From positions 6,751-70,750 of the IMG/VR virus record IMGVR_UViG_3300025668_000786: DNA of 64,000 nt, one strand, 5' to 3'. Source of the DNA: a virus. The position numbers and the translations under genes were made by a program. This document shows, piece by piece, positions 48,832-58,874 of the stretch. Below the pieces are notes generated by a model that saw nothing but the letters and a program-made list of their open reading frames with translations, had not been told where the DNA came from and searched no databases. The number at the start of each line of letters is the position of its first letter. Position 1 is the stretch's first letter.

Positions 48832-51800
48832 CTAAACGACTGCGTCAGGATCGTATGTATTATCTCCAGACAAATTTAAACCTACATTTGGCATTTGATT
48901 TTTTACTTGAGCAAGGACTTCGTCTCTGACGCTATCTCTAAGGGTCGCTAAGAATGAAGTATTTTCGAAGTTAACAGTGACAACGGTTGGGTCTAACTTT
49001 ACACCGAGTTTGATTCCGACAAGCTTATTTACGGCTGTATCAAACACGGCGAATGCGCTATTGAGACTAGTTACGGTTTCTGCTGATATCCCAACCCCTG
49101 CACCTCCACCTCCTGGTGCTACGTGATCGCCGTCATGATAATACCTAACGCTACCACCGCGATTCATGGCGGGGCCGGGAGCAGCCTGTTGTCCGTTGTT
49201 CATAGCTTGTAGAATTGCGAGGTTATTTCCCCTTTTAACAGAAGCGCGATTTACTACAAACTCACCAGGGGTCAACATCGCTGGAACTGTATCCGTACCG
49301 CGTGGAACAAAAATTCCACGATTGGCATAGACGGGTCCACCTTTATATAGTCCTTCTACTTCTTTATCTGGGTCGGGTCTTGAACCAGGCATCTTGCTGG
49401 ACATCTTATCTAGAACATCGGACTTTTTGAGCATTGCTCCTTCAAGTATAACAGTTTGCGCCACAACGTTCATTTGGGCAGCTTCTACCATTTGTTCGGC
49501 AGTTGATCCTATTACACCTCCAAGACCTCGACCCTCTTCTCTGAGTCGTTCTTCTTCTGCCGATGTGCCAGAAAGTGTTTCTACCGCTGATGGATTGGTA
49601 ACGCCAGCAGCGGCCATAGAAGCCTTAGCGAATTTGGCCATTTCTTGTGGAGGTAGACCTTGAGATTGAGCGTCTTTAAATGCAGCGCCAATTGCATCTG
49701 CCCCAAACATTTGGGCGGTTTGTGTGTCGCCCATACGAATGGCTGAAGCAGCCCCAACGGCAGCTTGACCCTCGATAAAACCTTGTATGTCTCCAGATAC
49801 TAATTTTTCCAAACTACTCTTTTCAAGAGCGTTTTTCTTCTTGATGATATTAAGTTCTTCTCTGATCTGGCCAACTCTCGCTTTAGCAGCCGTAATTAAA
49901 TCCTTTTGGGCTGCTGCAAGCTCTTTTCTTTTGTCGTTGTCTACTCTATCTTTCTGGCTTCCAAACCCTCCTGGGGTAGCACCCTTAGCAATCTGATTGG
50001 ATAGAGCTTGTTGAATCTCATTTCCGACCCTAGCAAAATCCTCCACAGAGCCGGTTGTTAGCCCAGTAACACCAGCGGCCTGCGCCGAGGTGTTGAACTT
50101 CGCTATGTTGGCGGCTTTTTTATCTTGAGGTGTAACCTTGGCTCCACCAAACTCTTGTATAATCTTAGCAGCTTCGAGTTGTACATCAATAGCCTGTTTT
50201 TGTGCGGCCAGATACTGTAATTCTGACTCTTTCCTTCTGGCTGTCAATCCAACTATCTGCTTGTTCATTTTGTCAAGGGTTTTCGCAGACTCAGTAAATC
50301 CCTTACTTAAAGTAGCGGCACCAGATTGAATGCTCTGTATAAACGTGGTAATGTCCACGTTTTTAAGTTGTTCATCTGATAATTTAGCAAGCTCGGCCTG
50401 CGCTATTTTTTCTAACTGCTCGTTTCCTCCAGCCGCACCACGAATGGAATCACTAAGTTGTTGTCTAGCTTGACCTGGGTTGTTGGCACTCAACTCTACT
50501 GACTGAAGACTTTCTTCCAGATTAGTATTAAAATCAGCGACGGCTCTTGCCTGATTGGCTTGACTCTTAATCAACTCGGCCCCAGGACTTCCATCTGGCA
50601 GTGTGGACACCAATTCCTTTTCGATAGCGTTGATTGCATCACTACCGTCGATACCGATGTTGCTTTGGGCAGCCTCCATCATAGCTATGTTTTGAGAAAG
50701 CACAGAAGAACTGCCGTCTACCGATCCGATGAAATTATCCAAAGCTACAGAAGCGGCGTTAAAGGTCGAGGTGATTTGAAGACTTTCGTAGTTAGCCTTG
50801 GTGAGTTCTTCTTGGGCGGCTTTAAGGGCTAAAGATGACTGAGCGGCCTTTTGCATAGCCTTTTGTACTTCTGCGCTGCCACCTCCAACGTTTTTAATAA
50901 AATCTTCAATCTCTTTTTCTGAGGCTCCAGACTGAACCATAGCCGTTGTTTGAGCAACCGCGTCAGTCTTAAACTCTCTCATCATTTGCTTTTTAACTTC
51001 TGGATCGTCAACCCGACTTATAGCAGCTTTGGATTCAGAAAAACCCCTTTGGCTAGCGCGCATTGCTTTTTGTATGTTTAGATTACCCTGACCGTCTCTA
51101 AATTCATCTCTACTTGAGTCTGTAAGACCCTTTGTAACATCTGCTTGTAATGCTTTATTTGTAGAAACAGCAGCATCTGCCGCCTTTCTATTGCCTGTGG
51201 CTTTTTCGCGTTCAACAAACCCTTCGGGGTCTGCCATCATCTCAACAAAACCACCAACAGTAAACGCTTTAGCCGAGGACTCAGAAGCAGCAGCCCTCCT
51301 AGTTGAGTCAGCGGCTCCCCCCACGTCCATCCTTCTGCTCGCTAGATCTGCATCTCTTTGTTGGAATTCAGCCATGCCACCAAACACTTGCTGACCAACC
51401 ATTCCTATACTAGCAGCCATTCCACCAACCTTCCCCACCGCTCCACGCACCGCACCGGCACCCATCCCCCGACCCTCTTTACCAGCAGACTTAGCAGACT
51501 TTGCCGCTGCCGCACTCTTCTTTCTAGCCTGAGCTAACAATTTTTCTGCTTTGATACCTATTTTTGTTTGCCTGACAGTTTTAGCAGTGGATCGACCCGC
51601 TGAAGCAGTCCATTTACCCACACCTTTAAGCGCTTTGGTGTACCATTTGGTCGGATGCCTTACCTCGTCTATAGCCCGTTCATATGCCGTGGTTGACTTT
51701 TTAGCCTGAGTAATCAGAGGATCATAACCGGCAATGACAGCGTTCCAGTCGCCTCCGGCAGCAGCCGCCTGTTTTTGGAGGTTGGTTACGTTTGCAATAA

Positions 51801-54800
51801 TTGATTTTTGTCTTTGTATGACCTGTAGATTTTTTTGATATTCTGCTCTAATCTCGGCCAAGCGTTTAATTTGCGCTTTTGTAGCTTCACCTGATTTCTT
51901 TGTCTCAGCTACTATACTTTTATGTTCTGCCTTGAGGCTTTTGTTAGAGGTCTCCGCGCCCCGGCCCTTTTCCTTGGCTGCTTTCTTGCTCTCCTTAGCG
52001 TGCTCTTCCCCTTTCTTTACTTCGTCCCTTGATCTTTCAATATTCCTTAATGTTTTCATCCCCTCTGATCTTTCGGGGGCAGGGTCTGAGGCTTTTTTTC
52101 TAGCCTTTCTTCTCTCTGATGCTGCTGCCTTCTGTGCAGCAAGTTCTTCGCTTACAGCCTTTTTTTTGTCTGTCGCGGCTTCGGCAGATTGCTTAGCGGC
52201 TTGAAGATCAATCTCCGCAGCCTCTACCGCTTTACGAGCTGCATCCTGTCTTTGTTTTGATGCTTTAAATTCTTCGTTGTCTTTACCTTGATCCTCTTGC
52301 AGGCTTGCTTTCATCTCACCTGTGCCTTGGTCAAATTCAGACAACGTTTGACGATTAGCAGCTTTTTTTCTCTTTAGATCTTTAATATTTTCTTTTGATA
52401 CTCTTCTCTGTTCGGCGGAGTCTTCACCGGCCTTACCAGAGGCATCGCCAAGTCTCTGTCGCTCTTGTTCAATCTCGGCGTCTATGTCTTTTTCTCGGAC
52501 ACCTACCCTTTGCTTTAAGGAACTCCCTTCAGCCTGACGACTACTTAATGCTTCATTTCTTTGTCTGTTTGTTTCCTCCAGTTCAGCTTGAACATTACCT
52601 TCTCTCAGTGCGACTTCCTCTGAACGGGATTTTGCGGCGAACACTGCTGATTCTTGTTCCCCAACCTTCTTTTTTTTCTTAAATTCCTGACTATGAGCCG
52701 AGAGCATATCCAATTCTACTGCTTCGCGGCTTCGAGGCTTCTTTTTGGGTCTGGCAGGTTCCTTATCGGGTTCGGCAGGTTTAGAGGGTTCGGCAGCTTC
52801 AGTGGGTTCTCCAGTCGCTGCGGCCCGCCTCTGTATTTCGGCATCTATAGCACTTTCCTTTTTCTTCCTATCATGCACTTTTCTCGATGCTGCATCAAGA
52901 TCCTTCCCCGGACCCTTTGAAGCTTCATCCGCAGCTTTAAACCTCTCGTCTGCCTCTTCTTTTGCATCGATATCTGCTCCTCTGGCGCCTTCTATTTTCT
53001 CTCTTTCTTCAGTGTTTTTTTTCTGTTTGTCCTGTACGGTCTTTCTACGTTCTTTGATCCTATTCTGGTTTTTTTCAGTTTCTTCGAGGATCTCCTCGGG
53101 ATAGTAACCCGCGTCGTCCATGCCTTCACCCGCATCCTTAGCGGCTTGCGCAGCCCGCTGACGCTTCATGTTTGCTCTTGAATCCGCGTTAATTTCCTCC
53201 AACTCACCTATGTTTTGTGCCTCTTCAGAATTTAGCGTTTTTACCCTAGCTGTCCTATCCTTTTCCCTCTCCTTGGCTTCCCCGTGTACCTTGCTTCTGT
53301 CGGCTTTCGCTTCGTCCCTTTCTTTCTCCTCCGGTCTTTGACTAAGTCCTTCAAGTTCTTTTTCAGCGGCCTTTGTTTTCTTGGCAGCGTGAGCAAGGCC
53401 CTTCTCTAATTGTTCGTCATCCGCCTCTGCCAAGCTCACCCTCTTCTTCTTTGTACCTTCACTAGCTTTCTCAACAGATTCGACTGCCGCCTCTACCTTG
53501 TGTTTAACAGGGGCTGCGGCTTCAGAAGGAGAATCAGAAACCTCGGCTATCGACGCTGCCTCCTTCTTGTTCGCATCTGCTACCAGCTTTGAAGCAACCT
53601 CTTCTTGAGCCTTCATAGAGTTTAACTGCTTGCCAGCTATCCAAAGCCCTCCCCAAATAGCAACGAGGCTGGTTGCAATTTTTGCCCCTCTCTCGGCAGC
53701 AATAGTATTGAAAGCAACTTTACTAGAAGCTTCTAAGCTCTTATCTCCAAAATTCTCAATGGCAGCGTTAACCCCGCCCAAAGTAGCCGTCAAAGCCATC
53801 ATGACCATCTCTAGCTTGCCAAAACCACCCATTAGACCGGGAGACACCATTCCAGCCTGAGCAGTACCCCCGTCCTTAAACTTCTGTATTCCAACGCCTC
53901 CACCTTTGGCAAAACCAACGACGCCCTGTTTGTTCATCTTGTTTAAATTGCCGTAGCCAATGCTTTGCGAGGCTTTCTTATTAATAACAAACTCGCCGGG
54001 GGTGAGCATAGCGGGAACGGTGTCGGTAGAACCGGAAATGCTACCTCCTGATGCGGCAAATGTGACAGCCCCATCTTTCGCCCCAACGCCACGTTTATTT
54101 AAATCTTGTTCTATTTTGTCTATTATACTATTCCAGGATTTTGAACCGGCAGTTCTTTTTGCATCAGCCTTTACTAATGCGTCTATCTCACCCTTGCCTC
54201 CAAACATTTGGCTAAGTCTTTTTTTGGACTCTCCCGTGAACGATTTATAGTCAAAGGCTGCTGTACCCCCCTGTAGTTTAGCGTTTGAAATTGCCGAGAT
54301 TATCCCCTCTAAAATATAACCTTCTACCGTAGATTGAGCACCCCCTTCTTCAAAAAGATTTTTCATACTTGATTCAAAAACGCGATTTTCGTTAGCATTT
54401 ATAGGATCAGCGTCTATTAATTCTTTACTACGTATTTTTGCTACTGTATTCTTGATAGTATCGGTTAGACCAGATTTTGTTTCGTCTGAAACCACCTGGG
54501 CTATACCCCCAGTAGCCACATCATTCTTGCCAACAAAAAACCCCTGGATAATACCTTTTATGTCAAATTTTTTATCTGTTCCTATTTTGTCCTTACCTGC
54601 TTTTTTTCCTTTTGCAAAAGCAGCATCCATCTCTGGACCCACTTGGGACTGAGCTTGAACACCAAGACCCTTACCTCCCGATTTCGGGATGCTTAATTTA
54701 GGTTTAGTTTTACCAGACGCCGTTCTTCCTATGATCCCGGCATTTGCCTGTTCTTCTGCCGTCATCGAGGAGACAAATTGGTCTCTTGACAAGCTTTTAG

Positions 54801-56451
54801 ACTTTACACCTTTGATATCAGGGTTATTGATCGTAATTTGTTTACCCTTGGGTATCTTATAGTCTCTATCCTCTCCTTGTGTCGGTCTTAAGAAAAATCC
54901 ACCAATAGCTCCTGGGTTTATTTGTACAGTCCCTCCACCGGCATACTTATTCTCATTCATAGCCGCAAGTGTACCAGCCCCAATCTTATTCACACTACTC
55001 TTGCGAATAACAAACTCACCCGGAGTTAACATAGCCGGTACAGTGTCCCTATTGCCAGTACCTGGAACCGTACCCCCACTAGCAAAGGCGTGTATCTTAC
55101 CGCCCTCGTTTTTCTTTGTGATACCGGCCCCAATACCGCTTACAAAGCTACCGATACCGCGTGTAAATTTAACGGCAGCAAAGGCAGTTATCAATGGAAG
55201 TATTGGTTTTATAGCATCAGCCATAGCAATAAAAGCATTTGCAATTCCCAGCAAGCTTTTAATCATTATCTGAAAACTTGCCGTTTGAGAAATGTCTCTG
55301 ACCAATGCAAGAAATTTTTCCCTGGTTTTTTCAAACTGTACTGCCAAAGATTTTTGAGCCGCCTCTGCATCCTTATTTAGGCTGTTCCCACCCGCCAGAG
55401 CAGCCTGTCTAGCTTCTTCAGCAGTAGCAAACTGTTGTAAGAGAGGAATAACTTTGCCAATTTGTCGGAAACCACCAAGCTCCTCCGCTATCTGAACAAA
55501 TCTAAGATCCCCTTGCGGCAAGTCTCCAAAAGCCTTACTTAGCCTTCTGACGGCTTCATAGGGGCCAACAAATCTGCCGTTTAGATCGGTTAATTCTACA
55601 CCTAGCTGTTTCAAATAACTAATAGTCGCCGGTCTTTGAATACGAGTAAAAATCGTTCTCAAACCAGTAGCAATGCTCTCCGCGTTTTCACGGGTTGTAG
55701 CGCGAACACTAGTAAACAGGGCAATCAACTCTTGAAGATCCCCACCAGCCTGTTTGAATACACCGCCTGTACGACGAACTACACTGATTAAGTCTCCAGA
55801 CTCTACGGCAAACTGACCGGCTACAGCATTAATAGCCCCCAGTTGTCTCTCAAGTGCTCCAACACCCTCTCCAAACTGAGCTAGAATAGCAACAGCCCCT
55901 TCAGCCGTTTGCGCAATATTGTCAAACGTAGGAGCTAGGGTTGTTTTTGCTAGGGCTGTCAAGGCTACATTGAGGTCACCAGCTTTAATACCCGCCTGAG
56001 CTAGAACTCTACTGGTTTCTAACAAAGCCGTAGAAGAAACACCTAATCCAGTAGCTAAATTAGTAATCGTTTGTGTAAGTTTACCAAGCTGCTGTACCGA
56101 TTTGCCAGTCACCTGAGAAATCTTAATAAGTTCTCTTTCGAACTTAATAGCTTCATCAACTGCACTAGATATCTTACTAGCAAAAAGACCAACTGCTCGT
56201 GTAGCGATATTAAAAGCAGCAAACTTCTTTATTGACGCACCAAAAGCCTTGCCCATATTATGAGCGGCTGTTGTAGCCTGTTGTGTTTGTTGCGTAATCT
56301 GCTTTATCTGTTTTGTAGCTTGAACGCTACCAGTAACACTAACAGGTATGTTAACCTGCCCCTGAAGCTGACTTCGGAGCTGATTAACAACCTGCTGTGT
56401 GTTCGTTGGTGCTCGTAGCTGTAGCTGTGCAGTCAGTACGAATTTAGACAT
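48832..56451 (-). CDS. Tail tape measure protein (TP901-like core) with inserted domains
   Basis: N-terminal TMP core (FEREL.KISQVT, INAVA..FAV...DL, IATGLRTIFTRIQ), A/G/Q-rich helical body, three DTVPAMLTPGEFV motifs. Confidence 0.9.
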   Translation of the reverse strand: MSKFVLTAQLQLRAPTNTQQVVNQLRSQLQGQVNIPVSVTGSVQATKQIKQITQQTQQATTAAHNMGKAFGASIKKFAAFNIATRAVGLFASKISSAVDEAIKFERELIKISQVTGKSVQQLGKLTQTITNLATGLGVSSTALLETSRVLAQAGIKAGDLNVALTALAKTTLAPTFDNIAQTAEGAVAILAQFGEGVGALERQLGAINAVAGQFAVESGDLISVVRRTGGVFKQAGGDLQELIALFTSVRATTRENAESIATGLRTIFTRIQRPATISYLKQLGVELTDLNGRFVGPYEAVRRLSKAFGDLPQGDLRFVQIAEELGGFRQIGKVIPLLQQFATAEEARQAALAGGNSLNKDAEAAQKSLAVQFEKTREKFLALVRDISQTASFQIMIKSLLGIANAFIAMADAIKPILPLITAFAAVKFTRGIGSFVSGIGAGITKKNEGGKIHAFASGGTVPGTGNRDTVPAMLTPGEFVIRKSSVNKIGAGTLAAMNENKYAGGGTVQINPGAIGGFFLRPTQGEDRDYKIPKGKQITINNPDIKGVKSKSLSRDQFVSSMTAEEQANAGIIGRTASGKTKPKLSIPKSGGKGLGVQAQSQVGPEMDAAFAKGKKAGKDKIGTDKKFDIKGIIQGFFVGKNDVATGGIAQVVSDETKSGLTDTIKNTVAKIRSKELIDADPINANENRVFESSMKNLFEEGGAQSTVEGYILEGIISAISNAKLQGGTAAFDYKSFTGESKKRLSQMFGGKGEIDALVKADAKRTAGSKSWNSIIDKIEQDLNKRGVGAKDGAVTFAASGGSISGSTDTVPAMLTPGEFVINKKASQSIGYGNLNKMNKQGVVGFAKGGGVGIQKFKDGGTAQAGMVSPGLMGGFGKLEMVMMALTATLGGVNAAIENFGDKSLEASSKVAFNTIAAERGAKIATSLVAIWGGLWIAGKQLNSMKAQEEVASKLVADANKKEAASIAEVSDSPSEAAAPVKHKVEAAVESVEKASEGTKKKRVSLAEADDEQLEKGLAHAAKKTKAAEKELEGLSQRPEEKERDEAKADRSKVHGEAKEREKDRTARVKTLNSEEAQNIGELEEINADSRANMKRQRAAQAAKDAGEGMDDAGYYPEEILEETEKNQNRIKERRKTVQDKQKKNTEEREKIEGARGADIDAKEEADERFKAADEASKGPGKDLDAASRKVHDRKKKESAIDAEIQRRAAATGEPTEAAEPSKPAEPDKEPARPKKKPRSREAVELDMLSAHSQEFKKKKKVGEQESAVFAAKSRSEEVALREGNVQAELEETNRQRNEALSSRQAEGSSLKQRVGVREKDIDAEIEQERQRLGDASGKAGEDSAEQRRVSKENIKDLKRKKAANRQTLSEFDQGTGEMKASLQEDQGKDNEEFKASKQRQDAARKAVEAAEIDLQAAKQSAEAATDKKKAVSEELAAQKAAASERRKARKKASDPAPERSEGMKTLRNIERSRDEVKKGEEHAKESKKAAKEKGRGAETSNKSLKAEHKSIVAETKKSGEATKAQIKRLAEIRAEYQKNLQVIQRQKSIIANVTNLQKQAAAAGGDWNAVIAGYDPLITQAKKSTTAYERAIDEVRHPTKWYTKALKGVGKWTASAGRSTAKTVRQTKIGIKAEKLLAQARKKSAAAAKSAKSAGKEGRGMGAGAVRGAVGKVGGMAASIGMVGQQVFGGMAEFQQRDADLASRRMDVGGAADSTRRAAASESSAKAFTVGGFVEMMADPEGFVEREKATGNRKAADAAVSTNKALQADVTKGLTDSSRDEFRDGQGNLNIQKAMRASQRGFSESKAAISRVDDPEVKKQMMREFKTDAVAQTTAMVQSGASEKEIEDFIKNVGGGSAEVQKAMQKAAQSSLALKAAQEELTKANYESLQITSTFNAASVALDNFIGSVDGSSSVLSQNIAMMEAAQSNIGIDGSDAINAIEKELVSTLPDGSPGAELIKSQANQARAVADFNTNLEESLQSVELSANNPGQARQQLSDSIRGAAGGNEQLEKIAQAELAKLSDEQLKNVDITTFIQSIQSGAATLSKGFTESAKTLDKMNKQIVGLTARRKESELQYLAAQKQAIDVQLEAAKIIQEFGGAKVTPQDKKAANIAKFNTSAQAAGVTGLTTGSVEDFARVGNEIQQALSNQIAKGATPGGFGSQKDRVDNDKRKELAAAQKDLITAAKARVGQIREELNIIKKKNALEKSSLEKLVSGDIQGFIEGQAAVGAASAIRMGDTQTAQMFGADAIGAAFKDAQSQGLPPQEMAKFAKASMAAAGVTNPSAVETLSGTSAEEERLREEGRGLGGVIGSTAEQMVEAAQMNVVAQTVILEGAMLKKSDVLDKMSSKMPGSRPDPDKEVEGLYKGGPVYANRGIFVPRGTDTVPAMLTPGEFVVNRASVKRGNNLAILQAMNNGQQAAPGPAMNRGGSVRYYHDGDHVAPGGGGAGVGISAETVTSLNSAFAVFDTAVNKLVGIKLGVKLDPTVVTVNFENTSFLATLRDSVRDEVLAQVKNQMPNVGLNLSGDNTYDPDAVV

Positions 56452-56486
56452 CTATAAACCTTTTGTCTAGAGACTACACGCTGTCT

Positions 56487-57314
56487 TTAACTATCCGTGG
56501 TTTTCTTTTTGGTTACTTTTTTTCTCGTTGGCTTTGGCTTTTCGTCATCTACTTCCTGATATAAACCTTCTCCATCTAAGGGGTTTCCATCCAGGTCTAC
56601 TCTGTTTCCATCTGCATCAATATAATAACCTTCTTCACTGATGAGTCTCCCTTTTATGTCCACTCTCTTTCCATCGTCGTTGATTAGTGACATTTCATCA
56701 TCGACCATAGACTTGCTTTTAAGCCACCTGTTTTCTGGTAGATTTTTCTCAAAATCAGAATCTAAAGCGTAGAGTATTTCGGCTAACGCTGAGGCCGCAG
56801 AAAACGCTATCTCGTCTGAGCTTTTTGAATTATAATCTACTATATCTTTATACACTTTTTCGCCAGCTTCTTTAAAAGTACAATTTGCCACTAAGAAGTC
56901 AAACCTAGCATTGTCAGCAAGGGCTTCCGCAGTGTTTTCCTCTAGGGCCATCTTTTCTGAAATTAAATCTCTGAGTTTTACCCGTTCCTTTCTGATATCA
57001 ATTGCTAACTTTTTTCCCTCTTCTTGTTTGGATTTTCTTTTACCACACTCTAAATAGAGCTTCTGTTCTAATTCCGATATTTTACTTACAACTTCTTTTT
57101 GTTGGGTATCCTTTTCCTCGTCCCATATTCCCCTTTTGCGCATGAGTTCTGTTAGCTCTTTTTTGGTAATAATGTCGTCTGTTACACACTCGTTCCAAGC
57201 TTTGGCTCGAACTCTGTCTGCCCTTTGTATCGTTTGATTGTCTGGTTTTTGAACATAAATCTTAACGGGGGTTTTAGCCTTGTCTGCAAACTCGACTGTT
57301 ACTTCTTTTTTCAT
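56487..57314 (-). CDS. Putative tail assembly chaperone
   Basis: Directly upstream of TMP; charged helical protein; C-terminal D..G.. repeats. Confidence 0.55.
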   Translation of the reverse strand: MKKEVTVEFADKAKTPVKIYVQKPDNQTIQRADRVRAKAWNECVTDDIITKKELTELMRKRGIWDEEKDTQQKEVVSKISELEQKLYLECGKRKSKQEEGKKLAIDIRKERVKLRDLISEKMALEENTAEALADNARFDFLVANCTFKEAGEKVYKDIVDYNSKSSDEIAFSAASALAEILYALDSDFEKNLPENRWLKSKSMVDDEMSLINDDGKRVDIKGRLISEEGYYIDADGNRVDLDGNPLDGEGLYQEVDDEKPKPTRKKVTKKKTTDS

Positions 57315-57338
57315 AGCTTCTTTGTCCTTCCTGAAAAA

Positions 57339-57689
57339 TTAAATAGATTTTACGGGGATAAATACATTGTTCTTTAGCCAGGTAACGTCGTATTGACTCA
57401 ACTCCGCATCGACGTTGCGAGCCTGTGTATTGCCCCTGTCCAGTATTTCCGATCTTACCTTTTGGTAAAGATCCAACATCATTTGTTGTTCGGGAGTAAT
57501 CTGATCTGAATCAGACTCCCACAAAAAACCCATATGCTCCTCTATACTAGAAAGAGCGCCTATCATTGTTGTTTCTACTTTTTTCTTGAGTATCTTAGAT
57601 AACCTTTCTTTTGAATCGTTTTTGAATTTATCACCACGTTTCTTTTTATAGTCAGACTGTTGTCTAACCAAGTCGTTAAAGTCTTCCAC
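57339..57689 (-). CDS. Hypothetical protein (tail chaperone region)
   Basis: GTG start with GGGAGG SD. Confidence 0.65.
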   Translation of the reverse strand: MEDFNDLVRQQSDYKKKRGDKFKNDSKERLSKILKKKVETTMIGALSSIEEHMGFLWESDSDQITPEQQMMLDLYQKVRSEILDRGNTQARNVDAELSQYDVTWLKNNVFIPVKSI

Positions 57690-57695
57690 TTTTAC

Positions 57696-58742
57696 CTACC
57701 TCCCTCTAAAGTTATCCTTGAACATTTGATTGGATTTATCTTGCATTGTTAATTTTACATCCTGGAAGTCTAAATCTGAAACCGCTTTACCTTTTGATCT
57801 AACGGTTTTTAGTCTTTGTTTTCTAACCATGTCTCCATTAATATCATTAAGAGACTCTACTCTTTTAGCCTCTTTTCGGTCAGAAGCCATAACGAATATT
57901 TCGCCTGAATTTTTAATCTTCTCGTTCTTTGTGTCGTTTTCAAACTCTGACTCAGCTCGCTCTTTATCTCGTTTTTTACGTTGTACTATAAACCATCCGT
58001 CTAATAAGTCGTCGTCTTCTATAACATCGTCTGTTGGGCAGTCCATAGACTCTTGTATGTTTTCATACATTTTAGACCAGACCAAGAGATTTTTCTGGTC
58101 TACAGAAAGCTCTCGGTCTTTTTGTGAAAATAGCTGGATACAATTGGTATCCCTAAGCGCCCATAGTGACCTCCAGGGTTCTTCTCTTGCTATTTCTCTT
58201 GTTTGCTTTTCAGTTAAAAGCTTTCTTTGGAAAAGGCTCAAAACAAACTCCATTGAAAGTCTATTAAAATCATACTTCTCTCCACCGTAAAACGTACATG
58301 TTTTTATGTACTCATAAGATCTAGCCACTGTGGCTACACCTTCACAGGTATTCTGAATAAATACATTTTTTCTGTTGGATTCTTCTGATAGCTTTTTCTC
58401 TGCCGCTCTTATGTATTTACGAATTTGCTCACGCAACCCAGCTTGGTTTCTGTTGTTAAAAATTTCTACTTTAAGTTTCTCTAAGTCTTTTTCTACTGTT
58501 TTGATTGTGTCTTCGTCTTCTCCTGTCCATAACCCCCTAGAGTCCATCCATTTTAGGTTTTCATCCTCTGTCATAAAATCGTCTTCAATGGCGGATTCGT
58601 ATGCGATGTTATAAGCTTCGTTTAACTCCATTTCCCCCTCTATCGTTGGGGTAACTATTTTTAGCCTTATCCCATCGTATTCTATGAAATACGCTCCAGA
58701 CCTCACCCTGGAAACAAAAAGCTCCCGCTCATAGTGTTTCAT
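57696..58742 (-). CDS. Putative tail assembly chaperone
   Basis: Between tail tube and TMP; W..MY.NI.ES.DCP...VIEDDD.LDGW motif; shares M..RG.W motif with 56487-57314. Confidence 0.55.
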   Translation of the reverse strand: MKHYERELFVSRVRSGAYFIEYDGIRLKIVTPTIEGEMELNEAYNIAYESAIEDDFMTEDENLKWMDSRGLWTGEDEDTIKTVEKDLEKLKVEIFNNRNQAGLREQIRKYIRAAEKKLSEESNRKNVFIQNTCEGVATVARSYEYIKTCTFYGGEKYDFNRLSMEFVLSLFQRKLLTEKQTREIAREEPWRSLWALRDTNCIQLFSQKDRELSVDQKNLLVWSKMYENIQESMDCPTDDVIEDDDLLDGWFIVQRKKRDKERAESEFENDTKNEKIKNSGEIFVMASDRKEAKRVESLNDINGDMVRKQRLKTVRSKGKAVSDLDFQDVKLTMQDKSNQMFKDNFRGR

Positions 58743-58791
58743 GGTTACACCTATGGCGGGAGCTATTCATTGTCTCTTGTGTCCTTTCCTG

Positions 58792-58845
58792 AAAAGCAAC
58801 ATGACGCACTTGCCACTATCCCAATGCTATCGCAAGTCACGTTGC
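58792..58845 (-). terminator. Hairpin plus U4 downstream of tail tube gene
   Basis: On - strand GCAACGUGAC/GUCAUGUUGC (one GU pair), inner UUGC/GCAA, followed by UUUU. Confidence 0.5.
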
Positions 58846-58874
58846 CAAAACCTGGTAATTATTCCTCACCAGAA

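Noticed and set aside
3796-57698. TAG reassignment or readthrough, suggested by TAG stops followed by in-frame genes (8178/8179, 8850/8854, 17164/17168, 57696/57689) and by the TAG ending DnaE-N
   Set aside because: Multi-kilobase ORFs (4066, 2539, 1580 aa) contain no in-frame TAG; DnaE-N readthrough meets a second TAG and then TGA within a few codons; downstream genes have plausible starts of their own
58837-58846. TCACGTTGCC, identical to one arm of hairpin copy 1 (2151-2160)
   Set aside because: Here it is paired within a stem, lacks the preceding T and has no partner arm; likely a chance 10-mer match
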